From Octopus sinensis (taxonomy: Eukaryota), in assembly GCF_006345805.1 (NCBI RefSeq), contig NC_042998.1, positions 93,620,001 to 93,684,000 of the forward strand: a stretch of DNA of 64,000 nt, written 5' to 3'. Below, one piece after another: positions 13,127 through 26,641 of this stretch. The notes under the pieces were generated by a model. That model was not told the DNA's origin. It saw nothing but the letters and a program-made list of their open reading frames with translations, and made no database searches. Within the stretch, counting starts at the first letter, position 1. Each line of letters starts with the position of its first letter. The translations under genes were made by a program, and so were the position numbers.

Positions 13127-13207
13127 CATCGACATATGTTTCGATGGATGCATTCAAAATACACCCCACAGGATGAATAATGTTGAACAATGCATCAATC
13201 TTAGGGA
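13127..13207 (-). ncRNA. Decayed long-stem-II hammerhead motif
   Basis: CTAAGA (core one base short)...GATGCATT...AATGCATC-CATC-GAAA-CATATG-TC; same architecture as 9244-9325. Confidence 0.4.
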
Positions 13208-13443
13208 GGATATAAACAACAGTGCTCATCAAATAGACATTTTAACAGGTGATATGAAAATATAAATGATTTGATAACATCTTGGGCGTTTGTCTTCATT
13301 TTCAATTTTTCCTATGTTCTCCTAAATACCTCTCGCTTCTCCTTGGAATTAACTCCCACACAAGTGTGATCATTGATTCTCAGGACACTTAAGTAACATC
13401 TGGCTACCTTGTAATTATTCCCCTAGATCTTTCCTATAAATTG

Positions 13444-13486
<43 letters not shown>

Positions 13487-13549
13487 ACACACACATATAT
13501 ATATATGTTCTTTACTTCTTTTTTACCCGTTTTTTCTGGGGTTTTTTAA

Positions 13550-13940
13550 TTAACTATTTACTGAACGCTCACACAGACCCCCCCGTTCTTCCGATTGTTT
13601 TGGAGTACCTAATTCTTGGATTTCTCTCTACCATTGGATTACGCCACCTTATTCATTGTGTATCATAATTTTACGGTGACTCTCCCCTTCACTTCATTTC
13701 ACTCGACTTTACTTTAGTTTTCCTTCCCCTCTCCTGCTTTATTATTAGTGATTTTCCCCCTCCTTCCTTCTTTTCCTTTTGAACTTTCCTGTTTTTCCTG
13801 TTTCCGAAGAAGGGCTATGCTCGAAACATAGAACAATCACTCTTTTCCTTCTCCGAGCGTCATATTAATACTTTGCTTGTCCTCACGCTTGTTGTTTTGT
13901 TTTTCTTTTTTCCCTGCTTTTAAAAAAAATTATATATATA
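13550..13940 (+). mobile_element. PLE 3' end / terminal repeat with HHR (13799-13835)
   Basis: TGTTT-CCGAAGA-A-GGGC-TAT-GCTC-GAAA-CA-TA-GAACA with 5-bp stem I; pyrimidine-rich flanks homologous to 6933-7138. Confidence 0.6.
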
Positions 13941-13954
13941 TATGTATTTAAGAA

Positions 13955-14018
<64 letters not shown>

Positions 14019-14387
14019 CAAAATATAAAGTTATATCTTGAGATCGTTAGTGACAACAACGTTCAAGATATATAACAGACTGGAATAGTAGTGCTCAAAT
14101 GAGCTGTATACACTTTTTTAATCCTAGGGGAGGCAATGCGAGCAGCAACTAAAGGATCATTACAAAATCCACAGAATGATCAAACACATATATATATTCA
14201 TATATTCATTTATATCTACAGAACAGATATAAACCTCGACGTTTAAAAATTTTAAAATTTAGTAATATATAAATATATTATATATAAAAATATATAAATA
14301 TACAAGAGAATCAAAGTTGCATATATAACACCTTGAATTTACGCTTAAACTCGTAAAACATTTAGTATAAATTTGTTACAATAAAAA

Positions 14388-14828
14388 AATTGGGGGCAAT
14401 AAAACATACAATGGCATAATAAAAGACGAATTAAAATTAATAATTAAATCGTAATATGGATTTCGGATAGTAGAAGCTCCCTTCATGATCCCCAAGGAGC
14501 TTGCAACAAGTCGATAAAGACCAATATTTATGCTGATAAAATGAGCTTTAAAAATAAGAGAAATAAATGTGATGTGGTTGGTTTTGTATTTTTGTAAACT
14601 TGTATATTTATCTTCTATGTACATTTCTCTGGAATTTTAATTCGTCTTTTATTATGTCATTGTATGTTTTATTGCCCCAAATTCTTCAAATAGGTAGGAC
14701 ATTTTCCGTTTTTCTGATATTTATCTTCTATGTACATTTCTCTGGAATTTTAATTCGTCTTTTATTATATCATTGTATGTTTATTGCCCCAAAATTTTCA
14801 AATAGGTAGGACATTTTCCTTTTTTCTG
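14388..14828. repeat. 113-bp tandem duplication (14604-14716, 14717-14828) plus a 51-bp inverted copy (14388-14438)
   Basis: Direct alignment by eye. Confidence 0.85.
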
Positions 14829-14960
14829 TCTCTCTCTTCTCCTTTGCGAAGCTCGGCAGGTAGTAGCAGATCTGAAAAAAATAGTGTTTATGGGTGCAGA
14901 GAAATATTTGGTTCTAAAGTTAGATGGTTTGAGTGGCAGCAGCCAAGGAAGGAGAAGGCG

Positions 14961-15056
14961 AAGAAGAAGAAGAAGAAGAAGAAGAAGAAGAAGAAGAAGA
15001 AGAAGAAGAAGAAGAAGAAGAAGAAGAAGAAGAAGAAGAAGAAGAAGAAGAAGAAG
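14961..15056. repeat. (GAA)n microsatellite
   Basis: Direct reading. Confidence 0.97.
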
Positions 15057-15229
15057 GTGGGAGTGGTATAACCCAGTAGTAGAGGTTGTCCGTGGATTCT
15101 ACTTTCATGGTCAAATGACCTAAAAGTGACCTGTTGTGGTTATAGCAGATGTGTCAGGAACTGCTCTAAATAAATTCATGGCTAACGACTGTTCTTAATA
15201 TATCTATCGATTTTAACATTTGCGTGGGT

Positions 15230-15775
15230 ATTATTCTAGAAGCATTCAAAAGAGATGTATATTTTGCGTTAAAATATGGTTCTTTGTTAATGCGCTGATT
15301 ATAGGTTGCATTTTTCCTATATTTATAGAGGGGAAAAATTCTAAAGTTGGGTTGTTCATTAGTGACTTAAATGTCGATGTGTTCACTTCATATTCACGTA
15401 TTTTAATTTGGGATCTATGTACAGTCATCCTTTGGTGTGGACTGTTTTTAGTTTGACTAATATATTGTCTTGACGCCCTGAGCAAGTAAACACATAGATC
15501 AGGTTTTCTGAAAGTATATGTGAAGTTGTTTTTCACTGTAAAACGTTGACCCAGTTTGAAGAACTCTGATTCTTCAACTAGGTTGACGCATATACCACAG
15601 TTAGGTCTTCTGCATTTTTTTCTGCGTGGGTTTTGATGTTGTTGACGAGTGTACTTCGGATTGTGTTAGAATACTTTTCATTAACTTGGGTTGTCTTTTT
15701 CTCTTTAAGATGGTGTGCATTTGGAGGATTTGGTTTATTCTATGGTCCCATTCTATGGTTCCTTTTTTTTTTGTC
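15230..15775 (-). mobile_element. Penelope-like element remnant (Cys linker plus GIY-YIG)
   Basis: KRQPKLMKSILTQ...KCRRPNCGICVNLVE...then, frameshifted, YISQTKNSPHQRMTVHRSQIKIREY. Confidence 0.75.
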
Positions 15776-15879
15776 GAATACTAAATTACGTGGATATAAA
15801 CACACAAACATTGGTTGAGAAGCGACGGTGTGGAGACAGGCACACAGGCACAAACAAACATACACACATACGTACATAA

Positions 15880-15945
<66 letters not shown>

Positions 15946-16196
15946 GTGTGTGTGTGTGTGTGTTTGTGCCAAGAAGATTCTTTGAATATGTACGATGTAT
16001 TTTAAGGTTAAATAGCAATTCTGATTACGTTTGGGTAACTCAGATATTTTGGTTGGATTATATAATTATCAGTTTTACACTTCTTTCTATATTCTGTAAT
16101 TGTTACAATATAGAAACATTTCTCATGGCGCCAGCACACAATTTACAGATGCTTACATTTTTTATATTTTCCGTGAATTTTTTACGGATCCAGCTA

Positions 16197-16253
<57 letters not shown>

Positions 16254-16269
16254 ATCATTATTATTGTTG

Positions 16270-16800
16270 AGAGAAAGCAGCTCATGCCACCAAAGTGACA
16301 CTGGGGTAAAATATACGAAGCCCAGTATACCCAGCATGACTACCTCTCTGATAAGGGTACACTAGTCACATGCATCACAACCATATGTGCGTGACATGGT
16401 GATCTCATATCAAAACAAACAGCACATAACCCTGCAGGTGGGGCCCAGTTAGAATTTTCTTCAGGTCGGGTAGCCCATCCTGCTCAAAAGGTCCTTGAAT
16501 AAGCGTTGTTTAAGAATGTTGAACGAAATACCCATGTTTCCAAGGGTGAATTATCCAAACCCCAAAGAATTCCTCTCAACACATGGCTATGATACTCCCT
16601 CATTACTCCTGCTCAGTATCAGAGATGCACATATCGCCAGCCACTAAGGGATATGCTCAACTGGTTAAGGTCAAACAACTGACAAGCAAATCTGCGGTAT
16701 TGAGCAGAATATTTGCTGTAACCCATCTTTTAATACGAAGACAAAATATGTACATAATAGCACTTCCGATAAGTTAAGATCAAAAGCCACGAGAGCCAGG
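16270..16800. repeat. Unclassified interspersed repeat between (TTA)n tracts, possibly the 5' region of an RTE on the minus strand
   Basis: GC-richer block bounded by (TTA)n on both sides; family recognition is from memory only. Confidence 0.35.
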
Positions 16801-16802
16801 GC

Positions 16803-16856
<54 letters not shown>

Positions 16857-16985
16857 GATAGCGAGCTGGCAGAATGCTTAACGACATTTCGTCCATCTCA
16901 TCGGCCTGAGTCCAAATTCCGCCGAATTGATTTATCTCTTCCCCCAAAATTGCTGGCCTTGAGCCAAAATTTGAAACCATTATTA
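16857..16985 (+). mobile_element. SINE family B, deleted copy
   Basis: GCGAGCTGGCAGAAT...GAGTCCAAATTCCGCCGA...CAAAATTTGAAACC. Confidence 0.65.
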
Positions 16986-17564
16986 TTATTGTTATTGGGT
17001 AACGAAGCAAAAAGCGAATGACTTATCCGCTTGGTGGGAAGAGCGCTCAGCGAACTAGCAGGACGGTTTAAGCGTCGGAAAACAAAATCCTTTATAGTAT
17101 TTCCTGCTACTAATTACGTTTTCAGTTCAACTTCTGCTGGAGTCAACTTTCTTTTCATCCCTCTTGATAAACTAATGCACGAGTCAAACACTGGTGGGTG
17201 GGTCGAAGGTATCTGCTAGCTCTGTTTCCTAGAAACTGCTAGCCTTTTGCTAAAATTAGAATGAGTTATTGGTCATCGGAGTAGTGAGATGCGTTTTGTT
17301 CACTTTTTCGAACCTCCGAATAAGTTTAGATTTAACAAAGGTGGGCGAAAGATGTCTTCTTAAAAAAAAAATTAAAGAAAAAATAAAAGAAAAAAATACA
17401 ACTTTTTAAACAAAGAATTCTTTGAGTCAGTAGAGTTTGTTTCTTACCGAAAAAAACGTAAGTTTCTTTTTTTGCACTATATTTTTCTCTTGAGATGCGT
17501 GAAAATGGAGCCTACAGTAACAAGAAATGGAAACACCCTAAAAAAACGGAAAGAACTTACAATA

Positions 17565-17726
17565 GGCGCAGAAGTGGCTGTGTGGTAAGTAGCTTGCTTA
17601 CCAGCCACATGGTTCCGGGTTAGGTCCCACTGCATGGCACCATGGGTAAGTGTCTTCTAGTATAGCCTCGGGCCGACCAAAGCCTTGTGAGTGAATTTAG
17701 TAGATGGAAACTGAAAGAAGCCAGTC

Positions 17727-17808
<82 letters not shown>

Positions 17809-17982
17809 GTGTGTGTACTTTCGTGTGTCTGTGTTATGTCCCCGTAACCTAGCGGTTCGGCAAAAGAGACTGATAGAATAAGTACTAGACTTACAAAGAA
17901 TAAGTCCTGGGGTCGATTTGCTCGACCAAAGGCGGTGCTCCAGCATAGCCACAGTCAAATGACTGAAACAAGTAAAAGAGTA
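17565..17982 (+). mobile_element. Full-length tRNA-derived SINE family A (CORE-like segment, internal TA/TG microsatellite)
   Basis: A-box-like TGGCTGTGTGG, B-box-like GGGTTAGGTCCC, CACCATGGGTAAGTGTCTT (CORE-like CCTTGGGCAAG), AAAAGAGT tail. Confidence 0.9.
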
Positions 17983-18087
17983 AGTGAATATTTGTGGCAC
18001 AAAAAAAATGGCAAAAGCAAACTATTTTATTGTCACAAGATATTCGCTTAATGAAACAAAAGTGCGCCTTTTGTTATTCAGGAACGA

Positions 18088-19892
18088 GAAAGGCAGCGAT
18101 CTGGCAGAATCGTTGGATCTTCACAAAAATGCTTTGGGGTATTTGTTCAGCACTTCACATTCTGAGTTCAAATTCCACCGAGGTCAGAATATAATCGACC
18201 GTAATCAATGTAATCGAATAAACTCCTCCCTAAAAAATGTCAGGCCCCATCCCAATAGTAGAAAGAAATTGTTATTATTAACCTTTAAACAGCAAATACC
18301 ATCAACTTATGTTTCATTAGAGAATAGCAGACATCAATAGATGCTGTAAAAATTTAACGTGAATATGTTCATCATCAAAGGAAAGGGAATATTTTACGGC
18401 ACTTTTCGATAATGCGAGACTAAATTTTATTGTGCGAGACTAACAATTATTATAGTTTTGTGCTCATTTACAATGAAAACAAGTATAAAAGCTACACTTT
18501 TTCTTTTTTTTTTCTTTTTTTTTTCTTGCCCGTTTGGCAAACACATTTATACAATACTTTCCTGCCTTTAAAGAGTTTGGATAGAATCTTTAATGCATCA
18601 TAAAAAATACTTCACGGTAATTCTTCTGGCTCTGTACGTTCTCAGTTCAAATTCCGCCGAGTTCAGCTTTGCTTTTCCTCCTTTCGGAGAAGATAAAATA
18701 GGCATCCCTCAAAATTGCTAGCTCTATGCCAAAATTAGAAAAAATATATAATTATTAAGGTGGGGAGCTGGCAGAATCGTTGGTGGGTAGGACAAACTGT
18801 TTCGCGACATTTTTCCCGTTCTAAGTTCAAATCTCACCGTAGTCAGCATTATCTTTCATCCTTTCGCGGTCGATGAAATAAAGTACTGGGTATCGACGTA
18901 ATCGCCTAGCCCCAACTCCCAATTTCGGGCTTTGTGCCTATATTAGAAACAAGTATAATCATTATTATTGTAATTTTACGAGATCAGCTATTTTTTCTTT
19001 CATCCCCCTGGGGGTCGATAAGATGAAGTGTCAGTCTTGTGCTAGGCTCAATGTAATCCACAAGCACCCATCCGTTTCCCGATTTCAAAGGCGTATAAAT
19101 TCCCCACGTGGATGGGATGCCGGTCCGTCGCAAGACTACTCATTGTTAAGTAGACTGGAGCAACGTAAAAGGAAGTGTTTTGCTCAAGAACACAACGCAT
19201 CGCCCGGTCCAGGAATCGAAGCCACCATCTTACGATCATGAGTCCAACACCCCTAACCACTAAGCCACACGCCTCCACGTGCATAAATTAGAGACAAGTA
19301 TTTTATTAAAGGTGGTGGATTGGTAGAATCATTTGAGGGCCAGAAAATACCTCGTGTCCTAACTCTACACGTTCTAAGCTTAAATCCTACTGAAGTCAGC
19401 TTTGCCTTTCATACCTCCGGGTTCGATAAAGTAAAACACCAGACAAGTACTGGGGTCGATTTAATCGACTACACTTCTCCCTATAATTTCAGGCCTTGTA
19501 TCAATGTTAGAAACACTAATTATCAACTGCGTTCTGCGTTCAAATCCCGCTGGAGTTGACTTTCTCTTTCTTTCCTCCAGGGCCGATATAATGACCGCTA
19601 GTCATATTCTAAAGTAAATTTGACTATCCACACCCCTATAAACCGTATAGTTTTGTACGACACATTTAGTGGGAGATATTATTAATTTCAAATTTCGGCA
19701 CAAGGAAAGCAATTTCGGAGGAAGCGAGTGAGTCGATTACATCAACCTCAGGACTCAGCTGGTACTTATTTTGTCGATTCCGATTGGAAAGGCAAAGTCA
19801 ACCCCGGTGGAATTTGAACGCAGGATGTACATACAGACGAAATGCTGTTAAACACTTTGCCCAGCGTGCTAACGATTCTGCTAGCTCTCAGC
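18088..19892. mobile_element. Cluster of decayed SINEs: family B (+) at ~18088-18262, 18615-18745, 18757-18950 and 19290-19515; family C/D (-) at ~19085-19278; family B (-) at ~19680-19892
   Basis: Repeated GAGTTCAAAT-like B boxes and TTTCATCCTTTCG.GGTCGAT bodies. Confidence 0.7.
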
Positions 19893-20514
19893 CTTATGAA
19901 ACATTATTATTAAGAAATATTACTAATATCATATAAATAATTTAATAGTGTAATTACTTATAATTTTCTGTGAACTTAAGTTTTTTTTTTGTGAATTAAA
20001 ACCGGGCAAAATTTGAATATTTTCTCTTTAAGTCACGCAAAAAAATTTGAAATTGCCGGAAGTTGTTTGGAATAAACGTCATCTAATCATATAATGGAAT
20101 AAAATTGCTGTCTTTTCATTGAGATTCCAAAGTAAAGATCTCCAACTGAAATGCACAAAAAGTATAAAACGAAAAAAAGTCATGTTATACTTTCATTTTT
20201 ATATTATGGTATTAGAAGTAGAGTTGGGGAATCATCTGCTAAACATTTGTACTCTGGATAGACGGAAGGACAATGTGTGTGCTAAGACGTTATATGAATG
20301 CAGTAAAGAACTATTTAATGTAAGAGAAATAATATGTTTGTGTTATGTTATTCATCACTGCATCTTGGTTTCTGGCTATTCAAATATTTGTTATAATCAA
20401 ACTGGTCTGAACAAGTCTTCAAACATTTTACTTTGAGATTAGGTATGATAAACAATCAATATATTAAAATACCCCAAAGCAATCTCTCCTATCATTCTTA
20501 TATGTGTATATATA

Positions 20515-20617
<103 letters not shown>

Positions 20618-20634
20618 TACATACATACATACAT

Positions 20635-21030
20635 GCGCAGGCGTGGCTGTGTAGTAAGAAGCTTGCTACCCAATCATATGGTTCCGGGTTCTGTCCCACT
20701 GCATAACACTTTGGCAAGTGTCTTCTACTATGGCCTCAGGTTGACTAAAACCTTGTGAGTGGATTTAGTCGGCGGAAACTGAAAGAAGCCCGTCGTATAT
20801 ATATGAATATATCTTTGTTTGTGTGTGTACTTTTGTGTTTGTCTCCCACCACCGCTTGACAACCGGTGTTGGTAAGTTTACGTCCCTGTAACCTAACGGT
20901 TCGACAAAAGATAACAGAATAAGTACAGGTTTAAAACAAAGTCCTGGGATCGATTTGTTCGGTTAAAACTCTTCGAAACGGTGCCCCAGCATAGCCGCAG
21001 TCAAATAACTGAAGCAAATGAACGATAAAA
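20635..21030 (+). mobile_element. SINE family A, full length
   Basis: Collinear with 17565-17982. Confidence 0.88.
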
Positions 21031-21748
21031 TATAGATATATGTAAATATTGGTTTGTTAACAGAAGCAGGAGAAATAGAACTGAATATATGAACGTATTT
21101 TTCGTTTTTGGATTTGGTTTGCAAGATTCTTTATATGAGTTCTTTTCCTTTTGTGCCTTATAATTTAACACACCGGTAAAATTTCCATTTATTTCTTATT
21201 TTTATTTCCCTAAATTTTTCGTTGCGTTGCAACCTTTTCAATAGTCTTGACTCTGTCTGTTATTTACACTGTGTTCCTTTTTATTTGTTTGTGCGCATGT
21301 GTGTGGGTCAGTGTGTGTGTGTGTGTGTGCCTATGCATGCATGCATGCATATACGTTTGTATGTATGTGTGTGTGAAGGTATGTACGTATGCATGTGTGT
21401 GTATGTATATATGTGTGTGTATGCATATGTATATATGTATGTGTGTGCATCTGTATGTATTCTGCATATTCATGCATACATGCATATTCATGCATATTTA
21501 TTTACACCACAAATCTCCTTCGAATGGACAACACAGAATCCACGGCTCCATATTTTGAAATGACTAAACACGAACTACTATCGGAACTTACATACCATGT
21601 ACAGGAAACATTTTTACTACTTTTCTACACCACTTTACTCGAATAATGGAACTGCAACTGGAATATTTTATATGTTATTTCTACTTTCATTCTCTTATTT
21701 CCCTCTATTTTTCCTATCTCTTCCTTTTCCATTTATCTCTCTCAAATC

Positions 21749-21796
21749 GCCTCTGATGAAGGGATATTCATAATATCCCAGAAACAGCTGTAAGAC
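21749..21796 (+). ncRNA. Minimal type I hammerhead ribozyme
   Basis: GCCT-CTGATGA-A-GGGATATT-CAT-AATATCCC-A-GAAA-CAGCTG-TA-AGAC; 8-bp stem II, palindromic ACAGCTGT. Confidence 0.75.
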
Positions 21797-21987
21797 TATA
21801 TCACTTTCCTTATAAATGTCCTAAAAACTCCTCACAGCGTTGGCTTTGTTATCTGCTTTTGTCTAACACACACACACATATATATATTTAGACATGCAAG
21901 ACTGCCGCTTCCACAAAATCCTCTTCTCCAAGAGCAGATCTATGGTCTTTTGACACCGATGGATGCCGTAGAACACACACACACACA

Positions 21988-22027
<40 letters not shown>

Positions 22028-22099
22028 TACACACACATATATATATATATATACACGCCATGTTGAACCACTGAACTTTACACTGTTTCTTCTCTGTCT

Positions 22100-22265
22100 C
22101 CATTTATTGTTTCATTCTCTTTCCCCCTTTTTCTCTCTTATTCGTTTTTCTCGAAGAGCGTTGGCTCGAACCGTAAAAATCTTTTCCACTTTTCCCGAGC
22201 GTTAAACTAATACACCTGTTTGTTGTTCCTACTACATCTGTCTTCGTCTTTTGTTTCTATCCAAA
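22100..22265 (+). mobile_element. PLE-terminal-repeat fragment with decayed HHR (~22145-22180)
   Basis: TCGAAGAGC-GTTG-GCTC-GAAC-CG-TA followed by CCCGAGCGTTAAACTAATAC, same family as 13740-13940. Confidence 0.55.
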
Positions 22266-22335
22266 TATATATATATATAAGCGTACATATGTACACACAA
22301 ATACACGCACATAAATAGATAGGCAGACAGATTAA

Positions 22336-22394
<59 letters not shown>

Positions 22395-22879
22395 CAGAGA
22401 GAGTGAGAGGGAAAGAGAGAGAGAGAAAGAGAGAGAAAGAGAGAGAGAGTGATAGATGAAGGAGTTTTGCATCACAGACTTTCTGGTGCAATAATATTTA
22501 GTGCCACTAACAATTATTGGTAAGACTAATATCTTGTTTTTTTTTAAATCTGTACTAGAATGATTTCATGCATTTCTTCGAGAAAGGCATGAATGTCATA
22601 CCACCCAGCTTCCTCCAACCCCACGTATTTCAACTTACATACTTATGTCAATAACACATTTAATAAAGTAGTATTCTTTCTAACTACTTGAGCTTATTAT
22701 GCAACACTATCAAAACGATGGACAACTTCGCTAATAAACCAAACCTGCTCTTTCAGCTCGACCAATAGATTAGCGTAGTCGCATGCCTGGAAACTAATAG
22801 TTTTGACGTTTTTCACTCAATTCTTTTTTGCAAAATATTATATAATAATGTGCCTTAAAGCAATGTTCTTTGATGTCTT

Positions 22880-25330
22880 TTCTGAAAACGTTATGTATAA
22901 ACTATCCATCTTACATGAAAGTGTTGGTTAACTGTTAAAAGAACTCTCAAGCAAGAAACTCATATCTAAATATTCTTTAAGCAGATAAACATTTTCCACT
23001 TCATTTGAAAAACTACTCATAGACGATAACTTCACTTTTATAGTCGCCTCTGAAGTGATTTAACATAAACTGAGGCTGTTTGCTCTCTTTCTCTTTCTCC
23101 TTCTCTCTTTCTCACTCACTTCCAATTCTGTAACTTTAAAGACAGCGCAGCTAAAACTACATATCAATCAATCCAACCACATATTATGGCGCCAATTTTA
23201 TTCCTGAAACAGAGACGGTCTAAATACATCGTTAGAATCATATTAAACTATCTGACGACTATTTTCTATGCCTGTATGACTTAGACGAAGTATTAGCTTA
23301 TCATGTGTGAATACATCTTGATGCAGCTTTATTGAAAATTGTAAATCATAGCGATTCTTTAGCTTTCTTCGTTTCTTTCCTTACCGCTTTCCGCTATTAT
23401 CAATGCAATTTTATTTTCCTTCGCTTTTGTCTTTTGCCAACCTTCTCATCATTTTATCATAAATTGTTTTAATTCCTACCATTACTTTTAGTTCTGCTGA
23501 TCCTCATTTGGGTGGTTTCTATGAAAAATCACCACGAAAGGGATCAGGGAAGGCGAATACATGACTACACTTCAGTCTCCTTGAAGCTTCTATAGATAAA
23601 ACTATCAAACCGTATAGCTTTGCAATTAGCTCTTTAGCAAGTCACTTCTGTGAAGCTAAATTCTTTGGAGATCAAGAAATCTAAAACCAGATAATTAAAT
23701 AAATGACCCACCTTAAAAGAGAAACTAAATAACAATCTGATTTTGCAATACGGTTTCAATTCCCAGTTGCAGAAATTTATTTCACTTCGTAAGTTTTATT
23801 TAAATGGGGAGAAACGCCACAATGTCTGTTTCTTTTCCTCCTAAGGTTAGAAACGATTTTCCGTTGATGGATACATTTTATTAATCAAATTTGTTGTTGT
23901 TCTGTCTAAGCGGCAAATTATTATTAGAGACGTTAGTGTGTCGGACAGAGTGTCTTGCGATAATTATTCCGACACTACGCTCTGAATTCAAATCCCGCTA
24001 CACTTATCTTTCATCCTTTTTGGGTCTACAAAAAAAAAAAAAAGTACCCATCAAGAGCAGCGAATAGGCAGAAATGCTGGAGCGTCGAACGAGATACTAT
24101 GCGGCAGCTATTCTGGCCCTGCGCATTTTGAAATCAAATCCTACCCGGTCACCGAAATCAAGAGCTGCTGCTTCAGTACCCTGTTATAAGCTGTTCAAAG
24201 AAGCGCTCCAAGACGGAGACGTGCTGGGTGTTAATGAGCAAGTCATTTTTATGAAAACGAAATCGGCTCCTCTCTCACAATCTTTTTCATGCTTCGCTTT
24301 GTGTAAGAACAGAGCGATAGGCCTGCAACTTTTAATCCCTACTTTCTCCTTTATGGATAAAGTATGTTAGACTTTCTTCTAACGTTTCTGGGCAGCTTAC
24401 CATATTTAGATTTTTAGGTATCTATAGAAAAGTATCTGCGACATTTTTGGTAGTCCTTTTAGATGTCCCTTAGAGAATTGTTGGGAACAAAACCGTCAGA
24501 ACCTATTGTTGCGCTTGAACTCATTTCGTCATTTCATCCATGGTTGGTGTCACAACTCCCTACTTTGTGTCGGTGTAACCAATAGTTGCAGCTTCCTTAT
24601 ATAAAGTTGTATAGTAGAACTCACTTGGTTTCTTTATTTGCACGAGTTCCAGCGGGGAGGTGAAAAGCACTTTTGAATTGTTTACTTGGTATTTCACTTA
24701 TTCTTTGCAATGTGCAGTCAGTGAGCAATTTTCTTCGAATAGTAACTTTATTACGTAATACATTGAGGCTGCTATGTTTGCAAATTTATAGAAAAACTTA
24801 GAATTTGTTTTAAGTTTTCTACGGCTTTGGTCACTTTTCTTCCATGTTCTTTTCAAATCTAAGCGTGTTTTCAATCTGTATGCGAATCCTTTTTAAATGA
24901 CACTCTTTGCTGTCTTTAAGTTGTTCATTTTAAATGATTTAGGATCTTTGTCCTTTGTCTCATCGGGACTTTTTCTGTCCCTAAGAATAACAGCTTTGAG
25001 AATGTTAACCCTTCTCTGTAAGATGCGTATGACTTACTTTAGTGATATTAATCCGTTGAATTTTATCCATTGCTTTGCACAGAAACAAATTTCTAGCCAG
25101 TTCTGCTCCAAAATCATTTTTTTAAAAATCAATTTCCAGTTTATTTTTTGGGAATTCATGATGGATTCAAGAACTTCTAGTAGAGTGTATACCTTTGTCT
25201 TTGGGCAATAGATTGGTAGCTCTACAATGTTAAAAATTGTTATTGATAACTTCTCATGACAGATGAGTTCCGTGTTGTTTGGGAAGCAGGGACCGAAATT
25301 GTTTTTACTACTGATTGGTATTGTTTGTTT
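22880..25330 (-). mobile_element. Ancient fragmented CR1-type LINE
   Basis: Collinear minus-strand fragments: NNFGPCFPNNTELI...IFNIVEL (APE end, ~25300), KAVENLK/TNSKFFYKFA (linker, ~24800), HDKLILRL..GI (RT, ~23290); the weaker NEVENVYLLKEYLD (~22970) is tentative. Confidence 0.5.
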
Positions 25331-25401
25331 TACAAACAACATTTTAGAGATCAATCGGAGATGGTGCTTGCTTTTGTTTGCGGAGTCCGGCTAGTGAAGG
25401 C

Positions 25402-25700
25402 ACATGGCTCAGTGGCTAGAGCATCGAGCTCACAACCATGAGGTTGTGAGTTCGATTCCCGGTTCGAGCTGTGTGGTGTTCTTGAGCAAGACACTTCATT
25501 TCATGTTGCCCCAGTTCACTCAGCTGTAGAAATGAGTTGCGACGTGACTGGTGCCAAACTGTATCGGTCTTTGCCTTTCCCTTGGACGACATCAGTGATG
25601 TGGCTGATATGCGTGGGTGACTGCCGGTTTTCCACAAACAACCTTGCCTAGACTTATGCCTCGGAGGGTAACTTTTTAGGCGCAATCTCATGGTCATTCA
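25402..25700 (+). mobile_element. tRNA-derived SINE family C (CORE-like)
   Basis: TGGCTCAGTGG A box, GAGTTCGATTCCC B box, TTCTTGAGCAAGACACTT CORE-like segment. Confidence 0.8.
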
Positions 25701-26167
25701 CTTTACTTTCCGGCTATTTGACGCTGGGGAATTTTGACCAACAAAAATACACAGATGTGTGGGTTCGACTACGTTGATACATCCTTTATCTTTCTAAGGC
25801 TTTCTTCAAATTTGTTATCATAATCTAAGGTAGGGGTGTGCAATATATTATGCATATAATCACATTTAAGCCCAATTAGTGTGTTACATAGTTAGAGTGC
25901 AACTGTGTGAACGAGAGTGCAACTTCTTCAAACATAAATATATCAACTCCACTGCGGTTTCTTGCTTTCTTTCCTGCCTGCATAAAACAGAGTTTCCAGT
26001 GTGTGTCTCTTCATCAGCTACATTTGTGGCCGGAGGCGTTTCTGTGTGTTATATACGTGTTTCTTGATTACAGGAAGTAAGGTCTCTCAGATATAAAATT
26101 TTACATCATTTATTTAACTTGCATTATTTACATTTGACGGATATTTGTCCTCATCTTGTTTGTTGTT

Positions 26168-26213
26168 AATACAACGTTTCGGCTGATATACCCTCTAGCC
26201 TTCATCAGGTGTC
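26168..26213 (-). ncRNA. Minimal type I hammerhead ribozyme (left arm)
   Basis: GACAC-CTGATGA-A-GGCT-AGAGGGTATATC-AGCC-GAAA-CG-TT-GTATT; palindromic AACGTT. Confidence 0.75.
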
Positions 26214-26260
26214 TTGGCGAAATTTCGAACCTGGGTTCTCATTCCTAAGGTATTTTTCGA

Positions 26261-26291
<31 letters not shown>

Positions 26292-26307
26292 ATTATTATT
26301 ATTATTA

Positions 26308-26353
<46 letters not shown>

Positions 26354-26497
26354 CATCATTATTATCATTATTATCATTCAGGTCATTGCCTGGAATCGAA
26401 CGCGGAATCTTGGGGTTAGTAGCACGGGCTTCTAACCCCAAGATTCCGAGTTCGATTTCAAGCAGTGACCTGAATAATAATAATAATAATGATGATG

Positions 26498-26586
<89 letters not shown>

Positions 26587-26641
26587 TAGAACATCAAAAA
26601 ATACCTTAGGAATGAGAACCCAGGTTCGAAAATTCCCCAAA

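Noticed and set aside
25983-26015. Minus-strand CTGATGA...GAAA just beyond the palindrome
   Set aside because: Stem II barely pairs and stem I is mostly G-U; compatible with chance.
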